This document shows, in pieces, positions 1-9,589 of a stretch of DNA of 64,000 bases (the first letter of the stretch is position 1; each line of letters opens with the position of its first letter). The translations under genes were made by a program, and so were the position numbers. Origin of the DNA: Thermoproteota archaeon (GTDB lineage: Archaea > Korarchaeota > Korarchaeia > Korarchaeales > Korarchaeaceae). The stretch covers positions 20,954-84,953 of the forward strand of contig JAOZFN010000012.1 in assembly GCA_027492205.1 (NCBI GenBank). The letters run 5' to 3'. The notes below the pieces were generated by a model. It did not search any database and was not told the DNA's origin. It saw only the letters and a program-made list of their open reading frames with translations.

Positions 1-1036
1 TCCTCCCGCCCGTCCACGGGATCGTCACCACGTCGTCGACGAATATCCTGTCGCTGTCCGCGTACAGGGAGACCCACCCCCTGCCCGGCACGGCGGAGAG
101 CCAGGCGTCGTTCCACCTGAGGAGGTCCTCCGGGACCAGCCGGATCTTCGCCGTGTATCCGTCGGCCTCGGCGTACACCCCGAGGTAGATCTTGGCGTGG
201 GATTCGGTGGCGTTGGCGACGTAGATCGCGTTGAACCTAGAGTCTATGGGGAAGGAGTCCTGCCCCACCATGCAGGGGACTAGCCAGCCGCGGTAGGAGG
301 CGTTGATCATCCAGACCCTCTCCTCGGCGTCGGTCATGAGGACGGCGGAGCAGTTCGTGTGTGCGTTCAGGAAGGCGGCGGACATGGGCGGGGAACTCCA
401 CACTGCGGGCCTCCTCGGAGCGAGGAACTCGTCCCTAACCCTGACCCTGCCGTCGTCGTAGGTGGCGAAGAGCACCGCGCCGACCCTGGCGTTCCGGCAC
501 TCGTACGCGAGGAGGCCCCTGGCCGCCCCCAGGGTTCCGTACCTGTCGACGCCCGCCACCCAGAGGAGTGGAAGCTCGGGGTTCCAAGGGTTCGTCGTGG
601 CCTGGGCGAATCCGAAGTGGTACATCCCCCCGAAGTGCCTGTTGTCTGGGGTGCGAACGGTCCAGAGGTTCCCGACCTTGACGAACCTTAGCGGGGCGGC
701 CTCGTTGGGCAGCTCGGCGTACCTGTTGGCCACCGGCCCCCCTATGATTATCAGCGGCCTGTCCCGCAGGTCTGAGGGCGCGACGCTCGAGGCGTTGAGC
801 ACCGCGACCTCTCCGCCCAGCCTGAACCTTATGAAGTCGGCCAGCTCCGCGGCCGCGTCCCAGTCCTCCTCTGCCGCCGAGTCCCCAACTATTATCGTCG
901 CCTGAGGATAGCCTGAGGTCGTGAGCAGCGCCGAGAGAGGGCAGATCCCCCTCAGCTCCAGCGGCTGCGAGTGCAGCGGAACTGCCGAAGCTGCGAAAGC
1001 GAGCAGGGTGATAGCGGCGGCAAGTCGCGCCTTCAT
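1..1036 (-). CDS. Secreted protein with S-layer-like domain (partial; runs off window start)
   Basis: Not in ORF track. Manual translation from ATG 1036: MKARLAAAITLLAFAASAVP (signal peptide)...ATIIVGDSAAEEDW...LIIIGGPVANRY...LWVAGVDRYGT, motifs seen in archaeal S-layer-type domains. TTATA box about 26 nt upstream. Confidence 0.7.
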   Translation of the reverse strand, partial: MKARLAAAITLLAFAASAVPLHSQPLELRGICPLSALLTTSGYPQATIIVGDSAAEEDWDAAAELADFIRFRLGGEVAVLNASSVAPSDLRDRPLIIIGGPVANRYAELPNEAAPLRFVKVGNLWTVRTPDNRHFGGMYHFGFAQATTNPWNPELPLLWVAGVDRYGTLGAARGLLAYECRNARVGAVLFATYDDGRVRVRDEFLAPRRPAVWSSPPMSAAFLNAHTNCSAVLMTDAEERVWMINASYRGWLVPCMVGQDSFPIDSRFNAIYVANATESHAKIYLGVYAEADGYTAKIRLVPEDLLRWNDAWLSAVPGRGWVSLYADSDRIFVDDVVTIPWTGGR

Positions 1037-1213
1037 GGACAGGTCTGCGTCACGGCCTCACGCTATAAGCATGAGCCGCCAGGCGGCGAACAGTAGTTTC
1101 GGGGTCCGTTACCCCAGGTGCGATCACTGCTCACTCTGGGATGGCTTCTTCATCCCCTCCCGTTACCGCGATAGCTCGGTATAAAAGGTAAGCCCGTAGC
1201 AATCCCTTGGCCG

Positions 1214-2521
1214 GTGGCTCTCATGAGGGTGATGAGGGGAGACGAGGCCTGGAAGTACGTCGCGTCCCTGGAAACGAGAGATATAGAGAGCTGGCTTTTC
1301 AGACAGGCGGTCGAGCCCGTCATCAGGGACGTGAGGATAAGGGGCGACACGGCGATCGCAGAACACCTGGTCAAGGCATACGGCGTGGAGATCACCCCGG
1401 AGGATTTCCGGGTCTCGAGGTGGGAGATCGAGGATGCCACTTCAAAGCTCTCTCCCCAGAACAGGAGGCTCATCGAGGAGTCCATCGAGGTGATCGAGGA
1501 CTTCCACAGGGGTCAGATGCCGCAGACCTACTCCAAGAGCTATCCCTGGGGTGAGGCGTGGATCTCCTGGGAGCCCCTCGACAGGGTCGGGGTTCACGTG
1601 CCCGAGTACGACGAGGTGGCCTACGTGTCCACCCTCCTGTTCGCAGCCGTCCCGGCGAAGGTTGCCGGGGTCAGGGAGGTGGCCGTCTTCACGCCCCCGC
1701 TGGGAGGCGGGAGAATCCACCCGGTCCTCCTGGCCGCCTGCGGCATCCTGGGGATAGAGGAAGTCTACAGGATAGGGGGGGCCGTGGCCGTGGCCGCCAT
1801 GGCCTACGGCACCTCCAAGATCCCGGCGGTCGAGAAGATATTCGGGTCGGGGGACAGCTACTTCATGGCGGCCAAGCAGATCGTAGCGCCCGATGTGCCG
1901 GTTGACATGCCCTCCGGGCCGTCGGAGACCGTCGTCCTCGCCGACTCCTCGGCGGATCCGAGGGTCGTCGCGGCGGAGATGGTCGCCCAGGCTGAGCACG
2001 ACGTGGACTCCATGGTGCTGCTCCTCACCGACGACGAGGGGCTAGTTGAGGAGGTGTTGAACATCATCGAGGAGATGGCCAGTTCTCTGGACAGGGGCGG
2101 GGTTGCCAGGGAGGCACTGAATGGTAGAGGGGCCGTGCTGGTGTTTGAGAACCTCGACGAGGCGGTAGAGGCCGTTAACGTCATCGCCCCCGAGAGGGTG
2201 ACGGTCCTCTCGTTCAAGGACTCGTCTCTCGCCGCCGAGATAAAGAAGGCCGGCGCCGTCTTCGTGGGGCCCTACACCGTCAGCGCCTTTGGAGACTACG
2301 CCCTGGGCATAAACCAGCTCCTGCCCAGCGGCGGACACGCGAGGAGGTTCGGGGCGCTGACGGTGCACAGCTTCCTCCGACCCGTGGCGCACGGGAGGGT
2401 CAGCCTCGACGGGGCCAAGGAGCTCGCCGACCTGGTGGCTGGGCTGGCCAGGTTGGAGGGACTCACGGCGCACGCCGAGGCCGTCAGGATCGCCACTTCC
2501 TCCCCGTCAGCCCGGACCTGA
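1214..2521 (+). CDS. hisD: Histidinol dehydrogenase family protein (atypical active site)
   Basis: GGAVAVAAMAYGT, DMPSGPSE, QAEHD, GDY, EGLTAHA motifs; APER replaces APEH. Confidence 0.8.
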   Translation: MALMRVMRGDEAWKYVASLETRDIESWLFRQAVEPVIRDVRIRGDTAIAEHLVKAYGVEITPEDFRVSRWEIEDATSKLSPQNRRLIEESIEVIEDFHRGQMPQTYSKSYPWGEAWISWEPLDRVGVHVPEYDEVAYVSTLLFAAVPAKVAGVREVAVFTPPLGGGRIHPVLLAACGILGIEEVYRIGGAVAVAAMAYGTSKIPAVEKIFGSGDSYFMAAKQIVAPDVPVDMPSGPSETVVLADSSADPRVVAAEMVAQAEHDVDSMVLLLTDDEGLVEEVLNIIEEMASSLDRGGVAREALNGRGAVLVFENLDEAVEAVNVIAPERVTVLSFKDSSLAAEIKKAGAVFVGPYTVSAFGDYALGINQLLPSGGHARRFGALTVHSFLRPVAHGRVSLDGAKELADLVAGLARLEGLTAHAEAVRIATSSPSART

Positions 2522-3218
2522 GGGCCTCGTCCCTCTTGGCCCTCGCGAGGACGCTCGCCGCCGCCACCGAGGGGAACCTCTCGTCCGCCTTGGGCTCGAC
2601 GACGAGGGTCGCGCCCGGCGGAACGAGGCTCCTGAGCCGGGACTCCAGGGCCCCGGAGTCGAACGCGTCCACCGCCACCACGTCCACGCGCTCCAGTCTC
2701 TCCAGCACCTCCCCCAGCACCTCGAGGTGCCACTCGGCCAGCAGCCTGTTCAGGGTCCCCCTGACCCACACCTCGGAGAACTCCTCCGGGGTCACTAGCC
2801 GAACCGCTCGATCTAAGCACCTCTCCTCGATCCTCGCTGCGACGGCCCGGATCATCCCCCTGGGAATGGACTTCGTCTCGGTCATCCCCCTGGCCCTGAG
2901 CCACGCGGCCGACTCCGGGTCCAGGGCCACGGCGGCCACCACGATAGGCCCCTCATCCTCCCCCTTTCCCGCCTCGTCAGAGCCGACCTCGATTCCCCTG
3001 GGCCTGAGCAGGGAGCGCTCGACCAGGGGGATGAGCCCCTCGTGGTAGACCGCCTTCCCTGTCCTGTAGACCACCACCAGGTCCCCTCCGAGCCGGGCCC
3101 GAAGGACCTCGTACCTCCCCGGCTCTTGGAACTCGGCGCCCTCCTCCTCGAGCAGGGAGGCGAGCCTCTCGACCTCCGCCTCCAGCAGCCTAGTGCTTAC
3201 CTGCCTTCTTCGCGCCAA
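2484..3218 (-). CDS. Type 2 ribonuclease H with N-terminal TBP-like domain (RNase HIII-like)
   Basis: GSDEAGKG..GPIVVAAV, VDAF, KADERFPSVAAASVLAR; N-terminal RARLGGDLVVVYRTGKAVY. Confidence 0.8.
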   Translation of the reverse strand: MARRRQVSTRLLEAEVERLASLLEEEGAEFQEPGRYEVLRARLGGDLVVVYRTGKAVYHEGLIPLVERSLLRPRGIEVGSDEAGKGEDEGPIVVAAVALDPESAAWLRARGMTETKSIPRGMIRAVAARIEERCLDRAVRLVTPEEFSEVWVRGTLNRLLAEWHLEVLGEVLERLERVDVVAVDAFDSGALESRLRSLVPPGATLVVEPKADERFPSVAAASVLARAKRDEALRSGLTGRKWRS

Positions 3219-4512
3219 CGAGCCTCACCGCCGCGGCGACCATCCCTGCGGCGAGGGCGACGGCCACGATGGTCTTGGCCGGGACGCGGGCCTGCGCCAC
3301 CACGGTAACGGGGATCTGGACGGTGGCGTTTAGCTCCTCGGCCGGGTAGGGGTTCACCCACGTGACCGTGGCGCGCACGGTGTAGTTTCCCGGCTCGGGG
3401 GCGGTTAGGGTGACAGAGACTACCTCAACCTGATAGGGGCCGAGAGGCCCCATCTGGACCTCTCTCCTGAGGTCCCCCAGCTCCACGCTTAGCACGGCGG
3501 AGGACACGTTCCAGGGGGAGTCGTTCGACACCCGGAGGGTGAGGTTCAGGACGCCCCCGGCCTGAACCTCCGAGGGACTGTCTATGGCCTGTAGCGACAG
3601 TTGAGAGTTCTTCACGATCCTGACCTCCCTCGTCAGCATGGCGGCGTAGGTGGCGTCGTCGTACCGGTAGTTGAACAGAAGTATCAGGGTGTGCCTGCCA
3701 GCCTGAACGTCCGGGTTGATCACGAACGACCGGCTCACCAGCTTGACCTCCGATGGCCCGATCGGGCCCACCTCCTCCTGCACCAGCTTGCTCAGGAGGG
3801 TCGACCTGATTGTCAGGTTGGAGTCGGTTATCGGCACGCTCGTCCTGACGAGTCCTCCCGTCTCTGGATCGATCTCCCAGGCCTCCTCGGTGTTGGCGAT
3901 CGTCAGCTTGATGGTCAGCGTCCCAGGCGGCTCAAACTCCCCTGGCTGCACCTCAAGGGTCACCTGGGGGCCCCAGGGTGCCACGGAGAGCCTCTCCTCC
4001 CTCGAGTGATCCACGGTGATGAGCGTGCCGTTTGGAGTCTCCTCCAGCGCCTGGGCCTTGACGTAGATAGTGTAGTCACCCGGGGGGGTCGAGAGGGGGA
4101 TTATCACCCTCGCCCTGACGGAGACGACCCCGATCTTCTGGGCCGAGACCCTGATGGTGGACCCCTCCACCGACACGTTGGTGATCTCGTTGAGGTCAGG
4201 GTCCAGGGCGACGACCCGGGTTATGTTGTATGGCATGCTTATGGGGATCATCAGGCTTATCTCGGCGCTCTTCAGGGTGTTTGTGGACGTCACAGTGCCT
4301 CCACCCACGAGAACGCTCTTGGAGAGGTTGTACTCGACCATCACCTCACCGCCCTGCCTCACGGACTCCGGGTAGACCCACAGGACCGGCAGATACGGCC
4401 GTATCCGCTGAGCCGAGACCGGCCTGACGGGCGGTAAGGCGAGCGGCGCGAGGACCGTGACGGCGATCAGCAGGGCCCCCCTGACCCTCATCTCGTCCCC
4501 TCCACCGACCAC
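3190..4512 (-). CDS. Membrane-anchored cell-surface protein with CARDB/Ig-like domains
   Basis: Signal peptide, beta-rich N-G-containing domains, N-x-T/S sequons, C-terminal TM helix followed by basic tail. Confidence 0.7.
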   Translation of the reverse strand: MVGGGDEMRVRGALLIAVTVLAPLALPPVRPVSAQRIRPYLPVLWVYPESVRQGGEVMVEYNLSKSVLVGGGTVTSTNTLKSAEISLMIPISMPYNITRVVALDPDLNEITNVSVEGSTIRVSAQKIGVVSVRARVIIPLSTPPGDYTIYVKAQALEETPNGTLITVDHSREERLSVAPWGPQVTLEVQPGEFEPPGTLTIKLTIANTEEAWEIDPETGGLVRTSVPITDSNLTIRSTLLSKLVQEEVGPIGPSEVKLVSRSFVINPDVQAGRHTLILLFNYRYDDATYAAMLTREVRIVKNSQLSLQAIDSPSEVQAGGVLNLTLRVSNDSPWNVSSAVLSVELGDLRREVQMGPLGPYQVEVVSVTLTAPEPGNYTVRATVTWVNPYPAEELNATVQIPVTVVAQARVPAKTIVAVALAAGMVAAAVRLVGAKKAGKH

Positions 4513-4547
4513 AGTTTTAAGCAGCTCGCGACGCCAGTCAGGCGAGG

Positions 4548-5282
4548 ATGCCGGCGCTCGAGGTACTTCGACTTACGAAGCGGTTCGGGGACTTCACGGC
4601 GGTGGACGGGGTCACGTTTCAGGTCGAGGAGGGGGAGATATTCGGCTTCCTCGGCCCCAACGGGGCCGGGAAGACCACGACCCTCCGGATGATCTACGGG
4701 GTCCTCACGCCGACGGCCGGGGAAGTCCTGGTCAGGGGTAAGAGCGTTCGCGAGGATCCGGAGGGGGCCAAGGCGCACCTGGGGGTGATGCCCGAGGACG
4801 CGGGCATCTACTCCAGGCTGACAACGGAGGAGAACCTGGTGTACTTCGGCAAGCTCAGGGGGATCCCCGAGGGGGAGCTGAGGGGGAGGATCCCCCAGCT
4901 GCTTGCCAGGCTCGGGCTGACAGAGAAGAGGTACGTGCTGGCCGACAAGCTCTCCAAGGGGATGAAGCGCAAGCTGTCCTTCGCCAGGGCGATCCTACAC
5001 GAGCCCGACATACTCCTGCTCGACGAGCCGACCTCGGGCGTCGACGTCATGAGCGCCAGGGAGATCAGGTCGATGATCTCGGACTACGCCTCGGGAGGGA
5101 GGACCGTCGTGATCAGCACCCACAACATGTGGGAGGTCCAGCAGCTCTGCACGCGGGTGGGAATAATCAACCGCGGCCGGCTGATCTACGTCGGCTCTGT
5201 CGAGGAGCTGGAGAGGTTGACGGGAGAGGAGGAGTTCGAGGAGGTCTTCGTGAGGCTGATAAGGGGGGAGGTGGCAGAGTGA
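4548..5282 (+). CDS. ABC transporter ATP-binding protein (NatA-like)
   Basis: GPNGAGKTT, LSKGMKRK, LLLDEPT. Confidence 0.9.
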   Translation: MPALEVLRLTKRFGDFTAVDGVTFQVEEGEIFGFLGPNGAGKTTTLRMIYGVLTPTAGEVLVRGKSVREDPEGAKAHLGVMPEDAGIYSRLTTEENLVYFGKLRGIPEGELRGRIPQLLARLGLTEKRYVLADKLSKGMKRKLSFARAILHEPDILLLDEPTSGVDVMSAREIRSMISDYASGGRTVVISTHNMWEVQQLCTRVGIINRGRLIYVGSVEELERLTGEEEFEEVFVRLIRGEVAE

Positions 5283-6619
5283 GGCTCCGGAGACCCCGAT
5301 CCGGCTCAGAGGGGGTCGTTAGGTTCACCAGGGGCCTGGCCGACCTGGGCTACTCCCTGCCCAACAGGCCCTGGCTCGTCGTCGCGTGGAAGGAGCTCAC
5401 CGAGGCCCTCAGGGACAGGAGGACGATCATCAACGCGGTCCTCCTCCCGATGATCCTCATGCCCATCGCCGTGGGGCTGCCCATGCTCTTCCTCAGCCCG
5501 AAGACCTCCCCGCCCAGGATAGCGATAGTGCCTGCCGACCCCGGGGCCCTCCCCCTCGTGGAGAGGATAACAAGCGAGGTCCCCGGAAACTTCACCATAA
5601 GGACGCCCGAGTTCAACGCGACGGACGCCATTCTGAAGGGCCTCGTCGACTTGGTCGTCGTGATACCCGAGGGCTTCTCCGCCAACATCTCCCAGGGCGG
5701 GTCTGCGAGGGTGATCTACCTCTACGACCCCTATCAGCTGAAGTCCTCCACGGCCATGGGCCTCGTTCAGGGGGTCGTCGACGAGTACAGCAAGGAGATC
5801 GTGAGCGAGAGGCTGAGGAGTCTCAACCTGTCGGAGGAGTTCGTGGAGCCGATTAGGGCGGTCAGCTACCAGGTCACGGCAACGGGCGCCGCGGCCACGG
5901 CCGAGTCCATGTTCGGCGTCATGCTCCTCCCAATGATGGTCGGGGTGCTTGCGATCACGGGAGCTAGCTCCTTCGCCCTGGACATGGTCGCCGGTGAGAG
6001 GGAGAGGAAGACCATCGAGGCCCTGCTGACCGCTCCTGTGAGGAGGATCTCCATCCTCGCGGGCAAGTACGTCGCCCTGACCGTCCTCGCGGCAGTAATG
6101 GGTGTCTCGACCATAGCGTCGGTCGTGCTCAGCGTCGGCGTCATGGCGGTCGCCGTCCCGGTGGAGGAGCTCGTCCCCCCTCAGGCCGCCCAGGCGGCGG
6201 AGAGGGCCGGGATAGGCCTCGCCTCGCTCTCCAAGATATTCCCGCAGGGGACCAGCCCGACCGTCATCCTGCTGGGGATAGGGGCCGCCATGCTCCTGGC
6301 CGCCCTCACGGGAAACGCCATCGTAGTCATGGGGGCCAGCTTCGCCAAGAGCTTCAAGGAGGCCCAGCAGTACGTCGGCGCCATCACCGGCATCATGGTC
6401 CTGCCGATGATCGCGGTCCCCTACGCGCCAGCCAGACTCCTGGGGCCGATGAGGTTCCTGCCCATAACATCCGTCGCGATGCTGGCCAGAGACCTGATCG
6501 TGAACCCCGGCGACGTGGCGGCGCTGACGACCTCCGGCCTGGCCTCCGTCGTGTATCTGGTGGCATTCTTGTTGGCCAGCGCGAAGCTGTTTGGTAGGGA
6601 GTCGGTTGTGTTCGACTGA
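5279..6619 (+). CDS. ABC-2 type permease (NatB-like)
   Basis: KELTEALRDRR, AGERERKTIEALL, multiple TM helices; GTG start overlaps ATPase stop. Confidence 0.85.
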   Translation: MRLRRPRSGSEGVVRFTRGLADLGYSLPNRPWLVVAWKELTEALRDRRTIINAVLLPMILMPIAVGLPMLFLSPKTSPPRIAIVPADPGALPLVERITSEVPGNFTIRTPEFNATDAILKGLVDLVVVIPEGFSANISQGGSARVIYLYDPYQLKSSTAMGLVQGVVDEYSKEIVSERLRSLNLSEEFVEPIRAVSYQVTATGAAATAESMFGVMLLPMMVGVLAITGASSFALDMVAGERERKTIEALLTAPVRRISILAGKYVALTVLAAVMGVSTIASVVLSVGVMAVAVPVEELVPPQAAQAAERAGIGLASLSKIFPQGTSPTVILLGIGAAMLLAALTGNAIVVMGASFAKSFKEAQQYVGAITGIMVLPMIAVPYAPARLLGPMRFLPITSVAMLARDLIVNPGDVAALTTSGLASVVYLVAFLLASAKLFGRESVVFD

Positions 6620-6648
6620 TGTCGGCGCGACGTTCGGGGCGGCTAGCG

Positions 6649-7434
6649 TCAGGAGATCACCGCCAGCGCCACCACCAGCCCCAGGAGGCCAAAGGAGACC
6701 GCAAACACCCCGGGGCTGACCCTCCTAGACAGCCTCATGAGGGCGTGCATGGACGCGTAGCCGGCGCCCGCCGCGGCTGCGGCTGAGAGGATCTGCGCGA
6801 CGCCGACATCCACAGCACCGGTGAGCGCCACCAGGCCGGCGGCGCCGAGAGAGGCCGGTATGGAGAGCAGGAAGGACAGCTTCAGGGCCCTCTCGGCTTC
6901 CAGTCCCATTAACATGAGGCCCAACACCGTGATCCCAGACCTGCTGACTCCCGGGAGCGCGGCAACGCCCTGAAGGGATCCCACGAGCGCCCCCAGCTTG
7001 ACGGGATCCGCAGGCCCGACCTCGACCGCCCTACCCTCCGCTAGTAGGAGCGCGAGTCCGAGGGCGGTGAGCAGGGTGGGGGTCACCAGCGCGAGGGCGG
7101 CGCTCGACGGCACCCTCGTGGCGAGCAGGTAGAATGGGACGCCGGTGAAGGCGGTGACGGCCGTGCCGACCAGTAGGTACTTGAACGCCGCTGGGTCCCC
7201 GCCCTCGGCGCGGAGGGGCCACATGACGGCCGCGGCGAGCTCCGACCTGAGGTAGGCCGCGGCCGCGAGAGACGTCCCGAGGTGGAGCCAGAGGGCGGTC
7301 GACACGGCCGAGGCCGGGGGCGCGCCCGCTAGCATCGAGAGGAGGACGGAGACCTGCCCCTCGCTGCTGACCGGCAGCCACTCCAGCACGCCCTGAACGA
7401 GGCCCGCCAGTATCGTTGCGACGGTGGGGTTCAA
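6649..7434 (-). CDS. uppP: Undecaprenyl-diphosphate phosphatase (BacA family)
   Basis: GLVQGVLEWLPVSSEG and PGVSRSGIT motifs. Confidence 0.85.
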   Translation of the reverse strand: MNPTVATILAGLVQGVLEWLPVSSEGQVSVLLSMLAGAPPASAVSTALWLHLGTSLAAAAYLRSELAAAVMWPLRAEGGDPAAFKYLLVGTAVTAFTGVPFYLLATRVPSSAALALVTPTLLTALGLALLLAEGRAVEVGPADPVKLGALVGSLQGVAALPGVSRSGITVLGLMLMGLEAERALKLSFLLSIPASLGAAGLVALTGAVDVGVAQILSAAAAAGAGYASMHALMRLSRRVSPGVFAVSFGLLGLVVALAVIS

Positions 7435-7877
7435 CGCCGCCCACCGCCCTGAACCACCCTCTTGGCCACAGAGGACATCAGATACACGCCTCGGAGGGTC
7501 TCTCCCCTGGTCTCCATCTGCCTAATGTCCTCGACGGTGAACCATCCCCAGTCGTCGTGTTCCTCCGGCCTGAGCACCGGCTCGCCGCTGTGGAAGGCGG
7601 CGTAGAGCGGTATGATGAACTGAACGGAGCCGTAGCCGTAGACGAAGGAGAACGTGTCCACCGGGATCAGGTCGACTGGTCGCAGCTTGAACCCAGTCTC
7701 CTCCTCCAGCTCCCTCGACGCGGCCTCCCGCGGGGTCTCGCCGAACTTCAGGCTCCCCCCGGGTATCTCCCACTTGCCGCCGTACCTCTTCTTCTTTGAC
7801 CTCTTTAGGAGGAGCACCTCCCCCCGTCCGTTGAAGACAACGACGCAGGGGACCACGTGAATTCTCCTCTTCTTCAA
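7431..7877 (-). CDS. NUDIX hydrolase
   Basis: Nudix box GGSLKFGETPREAASRELEEETG. Confidence 0.9.
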   Translation of the reverse strand: MKKRRIHVVPCVVVFNGRGEVLLLKRSKKKRYGGKWEIPGGSLKFGETPREAASRELEEETGFKLRPVDLIPVDTFSFVYGYGSVQFIIPLYAAFHSGEPVLRPEEHDDWGWFTVEDIRQMETRGETLRGVYLMSSVAKRVVQGGGRR

Positions 7878-7896
7878 TCCCCCCGCCTCGACGCCC

Positions 7897-8331
7897 TCAG
7901 AACAGGGGCCGCCTCGCTTGCTTCCTCGGCCTCTTCGCGTAGATGGCGGCCACGAACATAGAGCCTCCGCACTTGGGACAGGCCTCCCCCGTCTTCAGGC
8001 CCACGTACTCTCCCTCCCTGAACTCCCTCTCCTTCCAGTGCCCACAGTCGACGCACTGAAGCCGAGAAACTATTGTGGGCTCCTCCTCCTCGGGCGAGAT
8101 CTTCATCCTGAGCACATCGTAGACCATCTTCAGCGACAGCATCAGCCCCGTGACGCCGAACAGCACCTGAAACCATGCGTCCATTCCCGGCGTCTCGGTC
8201 CTAGACCCCGCCGCCCTGATGCCGTAGTAGATTATTATCAGAGAGAAGGCCGCCAAGCCCAGCGACATGACTATCATCAGGGCCGTCGCTGCGAGCGTCG
8301 GACCCTCCTTGGCCTCCCTCTCCTCAGGCAA
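7897..8331 (-). CDS. Two-TM membrane protein with C-terminal zinc ribbon
   Basis: Two hydrophobic helices, CVDC...CPKC; overlaps the upstream DUF1512 gene. Confidence 0.65.
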   Translation of the reverse strand: MPEEREAKEGPTLAATALMIVMSLGLAAFSLIIIYYGIRAAGSRTETPGMDAWFQVLFGVTGLMLSLKMVYDVLRMKISPEEEEPTIVSRLQCVDCGHWKEREFREGEYVGLKTGEACPKCGGSMFVAAIYAKRPRKQARRPLF

Positions 8332-9553
8332 CGGCCATCACCTCTGCCCTCCCCAGGGTATTGCCCACCCCGACCGTGTTCCCTATACCGGCAACGATGA
8401 CCACGTCACCGGGCTTCGTCCCCTCCCTTATCGTTCTCCTGACCCTCTCGATGACCTTGTCGACGGCCTCGGCTATCTCCTGAGCCATCGGGGTGATGGC
8501 CTCAAGCAGGTCCTGCTTGATCACTATGGAGTGTACGGGGATCGAGTACTGAGAGGCGACCTCCTCGATCTTCCACTTCTCCGGGCCGGGGTCCCCGATG
8601 GCCGCGCCGGAGCCCTCGGCCACCTCGCCGGTGGGCTCGCCCTCCAGCTTCGTTGCCGCGTCTATCATGACGATCTTCGCCACCTTTCCGCCCCTGGACT
8701 CCACGATTCTCCTGATGGCCTCTCCCGGCTTGCCGACTTCCCCTCCGGGCCCCTTGGCCTTGACGACGATGACCCTCCTGTCCTCCAGCTCCACCTCAGC
8801 GGCGACCACGTTCTTGGCGACCTCCTCCACGGGGGCATCCCCTATCAGCCTGAGGGCGATCAGGGGGCCTATGCTGTCTCCAACAGGCACTCCCTTCTGA
8901 AACGCCGTCGAGGAGCGCCAGTAGGCCCTGGCGATTCGCATGATCTCCGGCAGCTGCATCTGGACCTGAGCGATGTAGATCCAGTTCTGGGTCTTCCTGC
9001 CCAGCAGATAGAAGTGCCTGACTATCCTGAAGATCAGGTCGAGGACTATGACGCCCTCGAGCTGATCCCTCAGGTTAGCCCTCTTCACGCTGTCGGCCTT
9101 GGGGGCTGCCCTCTCCACGAACCTGTTGAGGGAGTCCTCGGCCTCGTCCAAGATGTTCTCGAGCCTCCTTATGGCGCCGGTCGGGTCGAGCGTGACGGGC
9201 GAGATTGTGAAGAATCCCTTAGCCTCCTGGAGGATCTTCTTAACCCTCTCTCCGTCCCCGCCGAACTTGGAGGCCTCTTGGAGGAAAGTGTCGGAGGCCT
9301 CCCTGGTCAGCTGCTGCAGCTGGCCCAGCGCCCTGGCTATCTGGTTCATCCACATCTGGACCTGCAGCTTGCTGCCGTAGATGTTCAGCACGGCGATCAT
9401 GATCATGAAGATTATCCAGTTCAGCCAGCTGTCACCCAAGTCGCCCGCCTGGGCGCCCGTAAGTCCTTCGAGCAGTCCCTTTTCCAACAACCAACTGGGG
9501 AGCAACCCATTCCCTCCCCAAACTTTTCGAGACTGGGGCCAGCCAACGCACAT
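8324..9553 (-). CDS. DUF1512 family protein (start may be about 60 nt downstream)
   Basis: PVGDSIGPL, IDAATKLEGE, AIGDPGPEK, GIGNTVGVG. Confidence 0.75.
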   Translation of the reverse strand: MCVGWPQSRKVWGGNGLLPSWLLEKGLLEGLTGAQAGDLGDSWLNWIIFMIMIAVLNIYGSKLQVQMWMNQIARALGQLQQLTREASDTFLQEASKFGGDGERVKKILQEAKGFFTISPVTLDPTGAIRRLENILDEAEDSLNRFVERAAPKADSVKRANLRDQLEGVIVLDLIFRIVRHFYLLGRKTQNWIYIAQVQMQLPEIMRIARAYWRSSTAFQKGVPVGDSIGPLIALRLIGDAPVEEVAKNVVAAEVELEDRRVIVVKAKGPGGEVGKPGEAIRRIVESRGGKVAKIVMIDAATKLEGEPTGEVAEGSGAAIGDPGPEKWKIEEVASQYSIPVHSIVIKQDLLEAITPMAQEIAEAVDKVIERVRRTIREGTKPGDVVIVAGIGNTVGVGNTLGRAEVMAVA

Positions 9554-9589
9554 TTAAAGATCAGAGGGAGAAGGGCGGCCTCGATCGGG

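Noticed and set aside
1080-1172. Possible box C/D sRNA on the minus strand (ATGAAGA...GTGA...CCGA)
   Set aside because: Boxes are degenerate, spacing is irregular and no target could be assigned.
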